Origin: Octopus bimaculoides
Taxonomy: Eukaryota
Assembly (NCBI RefSeq): GCF_001194135.2
Contig: NC_068984.1
Location: 136,968,518-137,032,517, forward strand
Direction: 5' to 3'
Length of the DNA: 64,000 bases
The translations under genes and the position numbers were made by a program. The notes below the pieces were generated by a model. It was given only the letters and a program-made list of their open reading frames with translations, was not told the origin of the DNA and did not search any database. This document shows, piece by piece, positions 38,867 to 52,753 of the stretch; the stretch's first letter is position 1; each line of letters begins with the position of its first letter.

Positions 38867-41020
38867 CACATACATACATACACACTTGCTCGTATGTATG
38901 TGTGTCTACACTAATAATTGCAAAATAGGCAAAAAGCTTTGATTTTTGAAAACATCAAAAGAATTTAACAAAAGGAAGAAATAAAAGCGAGTAAACAAAT
39001 CACTTTTAAAATTCCAAACAAACAAAAACCATAATTTAAGAGAAATTTCCAATTGTTCTCGACTCTTTACGGATCTATTGACTTGTGAGGTTTGAAATAC
39101 AAGTCTTGTTTGTATAGCTAGTTTTGCTATTGTTGTTTCTCTATTGTATATATTTCTTCTTGTTTTTATAAACCATTAAATGAAGGGAAGAATTTGGAAC
39201 AAATTGGTAAGACTGAGACAGAACTGGAAACAGTGAGATGGAGAGAAGACGAAGTGTGGGGGAGTTTACAGAATAAGTAGGATGTGAAAAGAAATTTTAT
39301 TCATACATATATATATATATATATATATANNNNNNNNNNNNNNNNNNNNNNNNNNNNNNNNNNNNNNNNNNNNNNNNNNNNNNNNNNNNNNNNNNNNNNN
39401 NNNNNNNNNNNNNNNNNNNNNNNNNNNNNNNNNNNNNNNNNNNNNNNNNNNNNNNNNNNNNNNNNNNNNNNNNNNNNNNNNNNNNNNNNNNNNNNNNNNN
39501 NNNNNNNNNNNNNNNNNNNNNNNNNNNNNNNNNNNNNNNNNNNNNNNNNNNNNNNNNNNNNNNNNNNNNNNNNNNNNNNNNNNNNNNNNNNNNNNNNNNN
39601 NNNNNNNNNNNNNNNNNNNNNNNNNNNNNNNNNNNNNNNNNNNNNNNNNNNNNNNNNNNNNNNNNNNNNNNNNNNNNNNNNNNNNNNNNNNNNNNNNNNN
39701 NNNNNNNNNNNNNNNNNNNNNNNNNNNNNNNNNNNNNNNNNNNNNNNNNNNNNNNNNNNNNNNNNNNNNNNNNNNNNNNNNNNNNNNNNNNNNNNNNNNN
39801 NNNNNNNNNNNNNNNNNNNNNNNNNNNNNNNNNNNNATATATATATTTATATTTATATGATGAGAGGAAGGAATAAAGAATGAGAGAGTTTAAAATGAAA
39901 AGAAATAAAATTGAGATTAAAATTGTGAGATTGAAGAAGACAGAGAAAAAAGATATAAAACAGAACGCTAAACATTTACTCGTTAATTTTGAAAAGAAAT
40001 AATACTGATGGTAACAATGATGAAGATGACAATAAAGACAATGATGGTAAATAATGATTTCCAGGCACAATACCACATGAAACCCAAAAGTAGCAAGACT
40101 TAAGTAAGTCTATAATAGAAGATAGCTACCCAGGGTGCTATGCAGTGGGAATGAACCTGAAACCATGTGGTTGGAAAACAAACTTCTTATCACATAGCCC
40201 TTCTGACAAATTTGGATGCACATCATCTCCCAACCCTCTCATATGTCTAAAGTTTCATTATACAGTAATAATTCACTTCATAGGGACCCATTTTACAAGA
40301 TCCTAGTTTTACGAGCTTTAGTTTAGAATAAATATAAAAAGGTTAAACAGCCATTTTGTGTGTGTGGCACTGTTGCAACATGTAACAACACTGGTTCTGA
40401 GAGCAGGAAAAAATGCTTCTTCTAAGTCAGGGGTCACCAAAGGGGGTCCGAGGGACCACTTAGGAGTCAGTGAGGAATTAAAGGTGGTAGATAATAGCCA
40501 AGGGGTCGAATGGGGGTCGGCGTGCAGAAGACCAGCTCACCCAGATGAACTGCTTGAAATAATTAGTCAGCACCAAACTCATATCTCACATCGATGTTGC
40601 CAATTTCAATAAAATATATTCCAGCAATATGATGCGTTTTTCATATTTTCTAACCATGGAAACAATTTCATAAAATTGTAAGTTTAATATTGTATACTCG
40701 TACACGCAGTTTTAAATGTAAAAAGTGAGTCAACTTCTCGTTGCTGGTGCCACTGAGCCTCCGTACCATGTGATCAGTAGTCTGGTGGTTAAACCTTATA
40801 ACCAATGTGCTTCACGTGGCATCATGCCTAAAGCTGAGTCTCATATTTCACTGGCTAGACTAAGCTACGTACAAACAAAAAACTTGTACAATCACATATT
40901 ACCTTCCAAAACCAGTGAAGAATGCTTTGTAATCTACGCTTAAAGAAACGGTAATTCTAACAGAGCAGCTGCTTCAAAATTTTCTAGACAATATAACCAC
41001 TCTCTCTCTCCCCATCCCCC

Positions 41021-41051
<31 letters not shown>

Positions 41052-41821
41052 TNNNNNNNNNNNNNNNNNNNNNNNNNNNTATAGTTTAGAATATCAGAAT
41101 TTTTTGTTTCTTTTTTCGGTACCTAGACATTAAGTTGCTAACAAACTCTGCAACTGACATAACATATAGTCGGTACATTTCAAGCAAACAATAACACATA
41201 ACTGCTATTGAATTTAAAAACAGTTTAGACAAAAAATGGTAATTTATTTTCAAGTTTCTTTTCCTCCATTTTGCAGTTTATTTGGACTGGAATTTCAAAT
41301 TTATGAAACTGAATAGTTTATAGTTTATAGTTTATATAAAGTTTTTGATTTTTAAATAAGCTATTCTGCGGCAGAGGGCAATACCCATAAGCTTTGCATG
41401 CCAGACTCCCAGACTGGTGAAACTGGTGCAGTTGATGCTCTGTCTGAATTCTACATGGTGATACAAGCAAGGGGTAAAATATGGGCCAGAAGTTGAGTTC
41501 AAACGCTTGTATTTTAGTAAGGTATATTGGTTTCAAACCTTGGATCAAGGCCAGCTTGTTTGGAGAAACAGCTCAATTATTTTATTGAACCTGAAAGAAT
41601 GATAGCAAAGCCAACCTCAGCTGGATTTTGTTCCCCCAACATTGCTTGACAACCGATGCTGGTGTGTTTATGTCCCCGTAACTTAGCAGTTCGGCAAAAG
41701 GGACCGATAGAATAAGTACTAGGCTTACAAAGAATAAGTCCTGGGGTCAATTTGTTTGACTAAAGGCGGTGCTTCAGCATGGCCACAGTCAAATGACTGA
41801 AACAAGTAAAAGAGTAAAAGA

Positions 41822-41919
<98 letters not shown>

Positions 41920-41975
41920 NNNNNNNNNNNNNNNNNNNNNNNNNNNNNNNNNNNNNNNNNNNNNNNNNNNNNNNN

Positions 41976-42020
<45 letters not shown>

Positions 42021-42074
42021 AACGAGAGCAAGAGAGAGAGAGAGTAGATTTAGATATGGATTAAGAAAACTTAC

Positions 42075-42133
42075 GAAGCTGGATCCAATTTCATGGCTGA
42101 TTCCAATGAGTCAAAAGCTACTGTACAGAACAC
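42075..42133 (-). CDS. PNPT1: PNPT1 internal coding exon (59 nt): VFCTVAFDSLESAMKLDPA(S)
   Basis: Bounded by tttttatgttctag| and |gtaagt. Matches the animal PNPT1 segment VLCTVTFDSLES that follows GQTQ. Phase 0 to phase 2. Confidence 0.93.
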
Positions 42134-42867
42134 CTAGAACATAAAAACAAAATTAATTTGTAAGAACTGAAAATGTATAAAAAGCAAAATCTATGGTGGA
42201 AACATGGATATTTTCTCAACACCTGAAATATTCATTCATCGTTCGTTATTAATGTCAAATTGGTGAGAGCACTAGGAGAGGTGCTTTGCAATATTACTTC
42301 CAAATCATTACATTCTGGGTTCAAATTCTGTTGAGATCAACTTTGCTTTTATCTTTCCAGGGTCAATAAAACAGGTACCAGTCAAGTACAGGGATCAATG
42401 TAACTGACTTGCCCCTCCCCTCAAAACTGTTGGCCTTGTGTGACAATTAGAAAGATTATTGAAGTTGAGTCTTCAAGAACTGCATCTTTGAATCCTATCC
42501 ATACTGTTCATGCATTATTCTGTGCTTGGGAATAAATAGGGTTTTTTTTTTTTGCTATTTTTTTACATTTAAATATAAGTAAGACATTACAAACAAAGGG
42601 TGTTAGCTGTTTCACTCAAAACACAGCTAAAATATACAGACAGCAACATTTTGAAAAGCTACATTCCAGATTTAGAAGTGTCAAATTTTGCAGTTAGTAA
42701 TCTCACTGCACATTTCATGCACCAACATTTTGCAAGGCTATACAACCCTTTTCTTGTTTTACAGCATAATGACTAGATTCTTTATGTGAACTCACGTGTC
42801 AAAAACGGATTTCATTAATTCTTCGGAAGGTGATTAGACCAATTATAACCACATACACACACCATCT

Positions 42868-42967
<100 letters not shown>

Positions 42968-43127
42968 ACATTCTTACTCACAACCATATAAAAATATAAC
43001 TGCAAACTGACAGAGACAAACCTGAAACAAATTTGGAATAGCAAGGGCATGTCATTCATGAATTCACAAATGGTAACAAAAAGACTTTGACAAACCTGAT
43101 TGTCTCACTGCATGAATGATTGATTAA

Positions 43128-43337
43128 CCTTTACGTTACCAACCCTGCTGAAATCAGCTCTGGCTCTGAGTACAAATGCCTTGTTTGAATTAAAATCTTC
43201 CACCAAACCTTAGGTCACAATTTACATTCCTAACACTGGCTTAATGATAACTAAGTTATTTTACTAAATTCTTTGTTGTATTTAAAGTAATTGAAAGAAA
43301 CACAGAGCATCTCAAAATAAATATGGTAACAAAAGGG
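43128..43337. mobile_element. piggyBac-like MITE, copy 1 of a tandem pair
   Basis: Structure ttaa|CCTTTACGTTACC...GGTAACAAAAGGG|ttaa. Confidence 0.8.
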
Positions 43338-43368
43338 TTAAAATGTATAATAGAGAAACAATTCTTAA

Positions 43369-43589
43369 CCTTTACGTTATCAACCCAGCTGAAACCAGCT
43401 CTGGCTCTGTAGTACAAATGTCTTGTAGTCATAAGCTTTGAATTAAAATCTTCCACCAAACCTTAGTCACAATTTATGCTCCTAACACTGGCTTAATGAT
43501 AAGTAAGTTATTTTACTAAAGTCTTTGTTATATTTAAAGTAACTGAAAGATACACAGAGCATCTCAAAATAAATACAGTAACGAAAGGG
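43369..43589. mobile_element. piggyBac-like MITE, copy 2 of a tandem pair
   Basis: Structure ttaa|CCTTTACGTTATC...AGTAACGAAAGGG|ttaa. Internally highly similar to 43128-43337. Confidence 0.8.
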
Positions 43590-44212
43590 TTAATCAAACA
43601 ATCAATTAGTTAAGTGGTTAAATAGTTAGCCAATTGACAAATACAAAATATAGAAGTGAAAAAGAACTAGTGCATGTGTTTGTTAGTGGCACTGTGATCT
43701 TCCCAAGATACAACAAAGCTATCTTCATATTACTTAACCAATATTCCGATAAAAGGCATCAACAGTGTGTAGAACATGGGTACAAACTCCCTTATAACTA
43801 AATAAGTACCAATTTAGCACTGAGGTCAATGCAATTAACTAAATCTCATCCCTAAAAATTGCAAGCATCATGCCAAAATTTGGGCATAATGTAATCAACT
43901 CCCCAACATAATTTGTAATCAATATAATTTGTAATCAACTCCCCACCTTCCCAGAACTTGCTGGCCTTGTGCCAAAATTTGAAACCATCATCATTATTAT
44001 TGTCATTATTTTTCCTGTCGCTGCCATTGTTCTTGTTTAAATTAACATCTAAATTCCACATGTAATAACTGACATCACATGTCTACAAATATTACAAATA
44101 GAGAATACATTAACATTTAGTTTTCTCGTATTTATTCAGACAACTACTGCTGTCAACAACAAGAACAAAAAAACACAGAAATGAAAGAACTTGTTTATTA
44201 TTGCAAACAAAA

Positions 44213-44304
<92 letters not shown>

Positions 44305-45589
44305 CAACATTGTGATGCTTTATACAAACAACTTACACATAAATACAGCAACAACAATTTCTCTTTATTTTTTTTTTTATTTTTATAATTTTATTTATTT
44401 CATTTTTTTCAGAAACTGAAGCCAGAAGGAAGATTCGATTCAGTATAATTTTATTTATATTATGTTTTTTGATGATAGATGAAAAAGAATATTGTTTATA
44501 TTTGAGTTTTTTATTTCTTTCTCTTACTGGAGAATAGCAGAGTTTGTTACATTGTTTATTGCGTTTATTATCAGTATTATTTTTTTCACTGCCTTTATAC
44601 ATACTATATACACACATATCTATATACATATATATATATTTTATTTTCTGAAGCATCTTACCCCTAAAGGTGTTCTACTACATGGAAATACATTTAACAT
44701 TATTTGTATGTTTTGATAAGGAAAAGAAAAATTTATTTTATACAGTGTCAATTTGTCTTGTTTTTCTGATTCATATGCCGTTCATATTTCATGTTTAACT
44801 CTTTCAACTACAATGCGCATGTTTTTCAAAATAGAAACCTTTGTATGTTGGAACAAAGTTGTGTAACAACTGACACCAGATTGTCTACTTCCTTTGAAGC
44901 AATCTACTCTTTATATGATCTGTGCATTATAGTTAATCCTTTGGACCTTAGAGAAGGGCATGTTTGTTCTGCATGTAAATGTCATTTGATTCGATTATTC
45001 TACAGCAAAATATGAGATCGTACATAATGCATAAAGCCTTCGATTTACATGACAGCTTCCATGGAAAATTGTGCTGTTCATTTCTCACCTGGAAAACCTT
45101 AGCAACATCTCCACAAAGCAGTTACCAGTGCAAATCATAATGTAATCAAGGTTCTGATTCTGGAAGAACTTATTACTCCATTTTGGAGATCATCACATAC
45201 AAAAACCAAATTTTTCTATTCAATAAGTTACTCAGGATATAAGGGACAGTTTCAAAGAATTTTAAAGTTTCTCTTAACCCTTTAGCACTCACATTACCCT
45301 GTCAAATGTAGTACTTATTTATTCAGTCATTCATTTATGCTTTCAATTAATTATGTACTAACTCATAGCTTTGAGATTTCAATGATGCGATCAGAGGATT
45401 ACTTACTTTTGCCAGCTGAGTGGACTGGAGCAACATGAAATGAAGTGTCTTGCTCAAGAACACAACACATCACTTGTGTGCATCAGTGTTTGTCTCCCAC
45501 CACTGAATGACAACTGGTGTAGGTGAGTTTTTGTCCCTGTAACATAGCAGTTCAGTGAAAGAGACTGATAGAAAAAGTACCAGGCTTAA

Positions 45590-45879
45590 CCCATTACCTC
45601 CCATAATTCTATTAACTGGAATTTTTTTATGAAACTTTGATTTCTAGCATAAAACAGCCTTAGAAACAAGCTGGAATGATCAAAATAACATTTCAAAATA
45701 ACATTTTAAATAGAAATAAGCGAGATATTGGGTGAAAAATTAGCAAACCTCATTTGAATATCAGAGAAATATACCTAGTAGATATAGCAAAAAGGTTAGA
45801 TATGTGTAAATATTGACAGATAATTACGAAATTTGTAATTTTTAAGTGATCTCATATGAGATCACTGGTAGGTAATGGG
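45590..45879. mobile_element. piggyBac-like MITE (290 bp) with TTAA target-site duplication
   Basis: Structure ttaa|CCCATTACCTCCCA...TGGTAGGTAATGGG|ttaa (14-bp TIR, one mismatch). It interrupts a SINE 3' half at a TTAA. Confidence 0.85.
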
Positions 45880-47693
45880 TTAAGAAAAAAGTAAGAACTG
45901 GAGTCAATTCCTTCAACTAAAAACTCTTCAAGATAGTGCCCCAGCATGGCCACAGTCTAATGAGTGATACGAGGAAAAGATGAAAGACAAAGAAATTCAA
46001 ATCAGAAATTATTTTGCTTCTACCCATGACTGTAATCTGTGAGAACAACTAACATGATTTCAATAACAAACAAAATAAAAAATTTTTAAAAAACTAATAA
46101 AAAAACAAGTTTCAAAAAGCTTAGGTTGAACTGAAGGGTTGACAAAAACCCCAGATTCTGTCTTGGAGAAAGTAAACAGAGAACCAGCTGAGTAAGAAAA
46201 GCGGTTATCTCTTCTGATCTAGTAATATTTATTTCGAATGTGTATTGATAAGCACACCTTTTGCATCATCTTCAATATTTCCTATAGCATTGAGGTGAAA
46301 GAAAGAAAAACAAAACAAAACAAAAAAAAAAAAAAAAAAAAANNNNNNNNNNNNNNNNNNNNNNNNNNNNNNNNNNNNNNNNNNNNNNNNNNNNNNNNNN
46401 NNNNNNNNNNNNNNNNNNNNNNNNNNNNNNNNNNNNNNNNNNNNNNNNNNNNNNNNNNNNNNNNNNNNNNNNNNNNNNNNNNNNNNNNNNNNNNNNNNNN
46501 NNNNNNNNNNNNNNNNNNNNNNNNNNNNNNNNNNNNNNNNNNNNNNNNNNNNNNNNNNNNNNNNNNNNNNNNNNNNNNNNNNNNNNNNNNNNNNNNNNNN
46601 NNNNNNNNNNNNNNNNNNNNNNNNNNNNNNNNNNNNNNNNNNNNNNNNNNNNNNNNNNNNNNNNNNNNNNNNNNNNNNNNNNNNNNNNNNNNNNNNNNNN
46701 NNNNNNNNNNNNNNNNNNNNNNNNNNNNNNNNNNNNNNNNNNNNNNNNNNNNNNNNNNNNNNNNNNNNNNNNNNNNNNNNNNNNNNNNNNNNNNNNNNNN
46801 NNNNNNNNNNNNNNNNNNNNNNNNNNNNNNNNNNNNNNNNNNNNNNNNNNNNNNNNNNNNNNNNNNNNNNNNNNNNNNNNNNNNNNNNNNNNNAAATAAA
46901 TGGGAGGAGAGAGTGGATGCAAAAATTTGAGGAAGAAATTCAGTTTATCAATAAATGTATGCAAACTCTGTTGTGGGTATTTTTTTTTTTTATAATTTAT
47001 TTATTTATTTATTCATTCATGTATTTATTTATTCATTTATTTTTCTTTGTTATCATCACTAGTCATAGAACATTAATAAACCTAAATGTAACAAAACAGA
47101 CATTATCAAATTATAGAACAACTGTCAACAATAAATGGGATTTAGCAGCAGGAGAACAGAATAACAACATTGAAAAATAAAAATTTCAAGGAAAATAAAA
47201 AAAAAAAATAAATGATTTCCATGCAAGAAAAAAATAAAAGGAAAAGCGAAACATGACAAAAAACACCAAAAAAAAATGCGTTTTTTCTTTCAGAAAGAAG
47301 CAGGTTTTTGTTTCGTTTTTCCAGTAAAGTGAGAAAATAACATATTAACAGAGGTTTCTTAGAAATTGGAATAAAACTCCTTTGAGAAAATCAGGAGAGG
47401 AATTCAAAAGTATCTATTAGGATAAATATATTCCTTAACTGTAAAACTGCAATGGCTGTTTTGTCAACGAGAGTATAGAAGAGTCCAAAGAGATAATTAT
47501 AAAGTTTCCATGTCAACACTTGCACACATACATATGAATGAGTATACATGCTCGTACATACATGCCAATACATATATATACTCTTTGATACATCCATTTA
47601 TGCATATATGTATGCAAATGGATATGAATAAACAGGCTGTATTAAGTACAGCATTTTGTATACACCCACTTAATTATCTCTCTCTCTCTCTCT

Positions 47694-47731
<38 letters not shown>

Positions 47732-47741
47732 TTACAATATC

Positions 47742-48263
47742 GGGTATCTAAGAGATACCGCCACGCTGAAAAAATAGCAGCCAAATCTTGACTTTAAACC
47801 ACAATAAATGTTCATATGGCACAAAGGGCGAAACGAAGACAAAATAAACTAGAAAAAATTTACTGGATAATTCCAGATCCCGGATTTCTAGCTCTGCATA
47901 AGAAATGCTCTGCTTCCATAGATACTCTGACCATATCGCACAAGGAGTTTAGGCGGGCAATTTAAACTGGTCGTATACATAAGTACACATATATGTATGT
48001 ATACGTTCGTATATGTAAGTATACCGTATGTTAATGTACATATATATTTGTATTTATGTACATTTCTGTGTATATTCCACTGATGAAAGCAGAGCATTTC
48101 TTATGCAGAGCTAGAAATCCGGGATCTGGAATTATCCAGTAAATTTTTTTGCTAGTTTATTTTGTCTTCATCTTCGCTCTTTGTGCTATATGAACATTTA
48201 TTGTGGTTTAGAGTCAAGATTTGGATGCTATTTTTTCAGCGTGGTGGTATCTCTTAGATACCC
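47742..48263. mobile_element. Long-TIR MITE / non-autonomous DNA transposon (~520 bp)
   Basis: Arms ~47742-47919 (GGGTATCTAAGAGATACC...) and ~48083-48263 (...GGTATCTCTTAGATACCC) are near-perfect reverse complements. The core is non-coding. Confidence 0.85.
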
Positions 48264-48503
48264 TAAATTATAATTTTAAATAATTGTTACCTTTGATGGT
48301 TTTTATTCCCATGCTGGCCACTTGATAAGATCGATATTTTTATATTTCGATCTTATCCTTATTTTATATATGTATATATATATAGCATAAAAGTGCATGT
48401 GTGGTGTTATATATAGGTGCCCGTGTGGCACCACATAAAAGCATGCAGTGCACTCTGTAAAGTGGTTGGTGTTAGGAAGGGCATCTAGTCATAGAAACCA
48501 TGC

Positions 48504-48773
48504 CGAGGCTCCGGCAGGGGATGGTGGCGAACCCTGCTGTACTCTTTCACCACAACTTTCTCTCACTCTTACTTCCTGTTTCTGTTGTGCCTGTAATTCA
48601 AAGGGTAAGCCTTGTCACACTGTGTCACACTGAATATCCCCGAGAACTGCGTTAAGGGTACACGTGTCTGTGGAGTGCTCAGTCACTTGCATGTTAATTT
48701 CATGAGCAGGCTGTTCCGTTGATCGGATCAACTGGAACCCTCGACGTCGTAAGCGACGGAGTGCCAACAACAA
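48504..48773 (+). mobile_element. 5'-truncated SINE family D copy, fused behind an RTE 3'UTR fragment
   Basis: Reverse complement of the 3' two-thirds of 4239-4623. Confidence 0.8.
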
Positions 48774-49687
48774 TCTGTTAAATCAAACGCTTATTTATTC
48801 ACATTATTTTGAATTAACCATGCATTATCTCATAGCTTTGAGATTTTCATGATGGGGTTGCTTATTTTCAGAATAGCATAGTATGGTTGAGAGTTAGAAC
48901 ATAAAATAAGAAGAATAGTTGGGCCGGATATGGCCAGTTTAGATGCTAAAGGGTTGAAGTAGGTGTAATTTCAAAACTGCATACAAGAAGTCTAGCTATT
49001 TACACTGCTCAACAGTTAGTATACATGTCCATTAAGCAGATGACAGGCTGGCTGGAATAATGCCTTTAATCGTAGTTCCGCTTGACCAGAACTAACATGG
49101 GGCTAACCAACAATGTCTATTGGTGTATGGATCAAACTAAGTTGGACTCTGAGGGAAACAAAGTGAATACCATGAACTAATAAACCTCTTAGTAATGTAA
49201 TTGCATGATCAATTCTACACCAGTAATCATTTCCCTATTCAATATTCAATATTTAGATATCTAGATGGCCTTTGATTTTTATTGGTTATTCTCAAGAGAT
49301 GGCATATGTATGCTTGTGTGTGTGTGTGTGTGTGAGTATATGCATGGAGTATTTTAATATTGAGGGTGTCATTTTGAACAGTTAACAGGGAGACAGAAAA
49401 CTGAGACAAAGCTACCATATTCTGTAAAGCTGTTTGATGACGATGATGATGATGGTAGTGGTGGTGGTGGTGGTGGTGGTGTAGGCGGTGGTTGTTTCGG
49501 TTATTGTACTGAAATATCACTGACAGTAGAGATAATGGCGGTGTTAGTGTTGTTGGATGTAGTTGTGGTTGCCAATAGATAGAGTCTAGTATGTTGACTA
49601 TCAGATGGCAATGCAGATAACAGGGTGGGCAACGCCAACGACAAAGACTGTGATGGTGATGGTGATGGTGATAGCCAACATCAGTGC

Positions 49688-49734
<47 letters not shown>

Positions 49735-49984
49735 CAATCACAAGGTGCAGACAAATACAGATGTCAACGCTCGCAATAACATTGATGGTGGTGGCGGTGG
49801 CGGTGGCGGCAGTGGTGGCGGTGGCGGCAGTGTTAGTGATTGTGATGATGATGATGGGTGGCGGATGGTCACAATGATGATAATGATGACAAATGATGAT
49901 GACAATGATGATGACAATGACGGTGATGATGACAATGATGATGATGATGATAGCAGCAGTGATAACGATGTTGATTTTATTATG

Positions 49985-50022
<38 letters not shown>

Positions 50023-50682
50023 ATATAAACAAATAAACAAATAAATATTACTAACAAGATATTACTTGAGGCATGTCTTTGTGTTTGAAATAAAATCCAT
50101 TAACCTTTTCTTATTTTTATTATTGTCATTTTTGTTTATCATCATTGCCATAATTATTACAATCATCATCGTCGTCGTCGCCACCACCACCACCACCACC
50201 ACCATTACCACCGTTGTCCTCATCATCATCATCAAAAGACATCACAAACATTAACATTATCACCAGCACTGATCATCATTTTGCTTTCTTCCCCCCACCA
50301 CCACCACCACCGTCGCCGCCACCACCGATGTACAATAGCAAACAAAGGATTAGTTGTTACATTAAAGCAAACATTAAAATTTCTATGAAGATAACATATT
50401 AAGCCAATCTCAGTAATACAGACATGGAAGAGATCAAAGACCTAATTTTAAGCCCATTAACATCTTATTATTCACCCTAATGAGGAAGATATTCTGTCGC
50501 GTGAAAGTGATTCCTTTTAATGAAAAGTACTTGCATACGAGTGAGTAATTAGAAATATGCAAGTTTGTTTTGTAAATCACTTTGATTCAACTACAATGTG
50601 TTAATAGGCGTAGGTCGCGATTTTAAATTTACAAAAATAAAACTGGAGAGCCATCTATGTAGATGGATGTGCAGATGTGTGA

Positions 50683-50718
<36 letters not shown>

Positions 50719-50843
50719 TCATCATCATCATCATATATATATATATATATATGCACACATATATATAATCTATATATGTACATATATATGCATGAGTGTA
50801 TGTGTATATATATATATATTTAAACATACTTATNNNNNNNNNN

Positions 50844-50889
<46 letters not shown>

Positions 50890-51138
50890 GTACATGCATA
50901 TAATATATATGAATAGAATATATATATATGTATATATATATAAATATATGTAAACACAAACACATATATATATGCATTTTTATTTCATACACACACACAC
51001 ATGCACATATATACACATACATACATGATAGATAAATAAATACACACCCATACATAACTATACATAAATACATACATATTCAAATGTTCACAAATATCTA
51101 CACACACACACAGACACACACACACTATAACAAACATG

Positions 51139-51198
<60 letters not shown>

Positions 51199-51844
51199 TG
51201 CATAAGCATTTCAGAAAATGACTCGAAGTAAGATCAGAGTTGAAACTGAAACAATCACAAGAAAGGAACGTCATGACAGCCATTTAAAACACCCACACAT
51301 AAACATACGCATTCATTTTGTGTTCTATTTCTTAATCAGTTGAAAGATGCATGGAAAATGTCAGTGATGAGGTCACAGATGTACAACCAAACTTTTTTTT
51401 GACACTTCATAGGATACAGTACATTGCAAAGTGTAATGTATATGTATGTACGCACATATGTACATACCTGTGTGTGTGTGTTTGTGTATGTGTGAGGCTA
51501 GTATGCTGGATGTGAAATGTCAGTGTACATGTTCAACAGAGTGCTAGTGTATTGAAAGAGAAGTTAGGCACATGAGGAATAAGATGCAGTATGCAAGAAA
51601 GAAGACCATGTAATTTACCTTTTAAATAGAGGTCGTTGTCTTGTAAGATACTTGACAACCCTTTTGGTGCTGGTGCCACATAAAAAGCAGCCAGTACACA
51701 TGATAAAATGGACGGAATTAAGAAAAGAAGGGCATCCAGCCACAGAAATTATGCCAAAGCAGATAAAGGAGTTTGGAGCAGTCTTCTGGCTTACTGGCCA
51801 GCTCCTGCCAAACCATCTAAACAATGCCAATGATGATGATGATG

Positions 51845-51898
<54 letters not shown>

Positions 51899-51899
51899 G

Positions 51900-51971
51900 T
51901 CCTCGGTAGTATAGTGGTAAGTATCCCTGCCTGTCACGCGGGAGACCAGGGTTCGATTCTGTGCTGGGGAT
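51900..51971 (+). tRNA. tRNA-Asp(GTC), degenerate and probably a pseudogene
   Basis: Sequence TCCTCGGTAGTATAGTGGTAAGTATCCCTGCCTGTCACGCGGGAGACCAGGGTTCGATTCTGTGCTGGGGAT. The acceptor, D and anticodon arms pair, the anticodon is GTC, and the A/B boxes are intact. The T-stem has a G-G mismatch and the discriminator is T rather than G. Confidence 0.85.
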
Positions 51972-52650
51972 ATCAGTTTTATATAGGCGCAGGCATGGCT
52001 GTGTGATAAGCAGCTTGCTTCCCAACCACATGGTTCCAGGTTCAGTTGCATTGCGGGGCACCTTGGGCAAGTGTCTTCTACTATAACCTCAGGCAGACCA
52101 AAGCCTTGTGAGTGGATCTGGTAGATGGAAACTGAAAGAAGCCCATCATATAGGTATGTGTGTGTGTATATATGTATATATATACATGCGTATAAGAAGG
52201 GATGACCACTAAGTGGACATCCGATATGCTAGAAAGAGGTCATCAACGACCCAACCACAAAGAAAAATAATGTTCTCCAGAAAAAAATTCAGTGTTTGCT
52301 GAAACAAATAAAGAGTATATTATGTGTATATGTATAAATTTATATACACACACAGACACACACACACATGCACACCTAAACATCACCTAGATACATTGAT
52401 CTCCTCATTATCTCATTATTATCAACAACATCACCATTATTTTTTTATTCTTTCTATCATCAATCTTTCACCACTGGCAGGAGCTTGACTGACCAGCAGT
52501 AAACACATTGTCATTTACTTCAATCATTTGTTATTTCTTTCAGGAAGACCAGTGTCCTACAGTTCCACTCAAGCCGACTACTTCGCATAACACACACCCA
52601 CATCATGACCAGATACAAAACTGGAAGCAGAATATGAAATATTTGGTTAC

Positions 52651-52753
52651 CTGTGTTTGACCTCGTTGAAATAAAGCTGATCCATGCAATGGTTGAAACA
52701 AATTAACTTGACAATGGATATCTCTGACGTCAGTCAAACCTCGGCCATCACAC
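52651..52753 (-). CDS. PNPT1: PNPT1 internal coding exon (103 nt): (R)[34 protein letters not shown]
   Basis: Bounded by ttttggcag| and |gtaacc. Encodes the PNPase motifs R.DGR and [13 protein letters not shown]. Ends in phase 0, matching the next exon. Confidence 0.96.
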
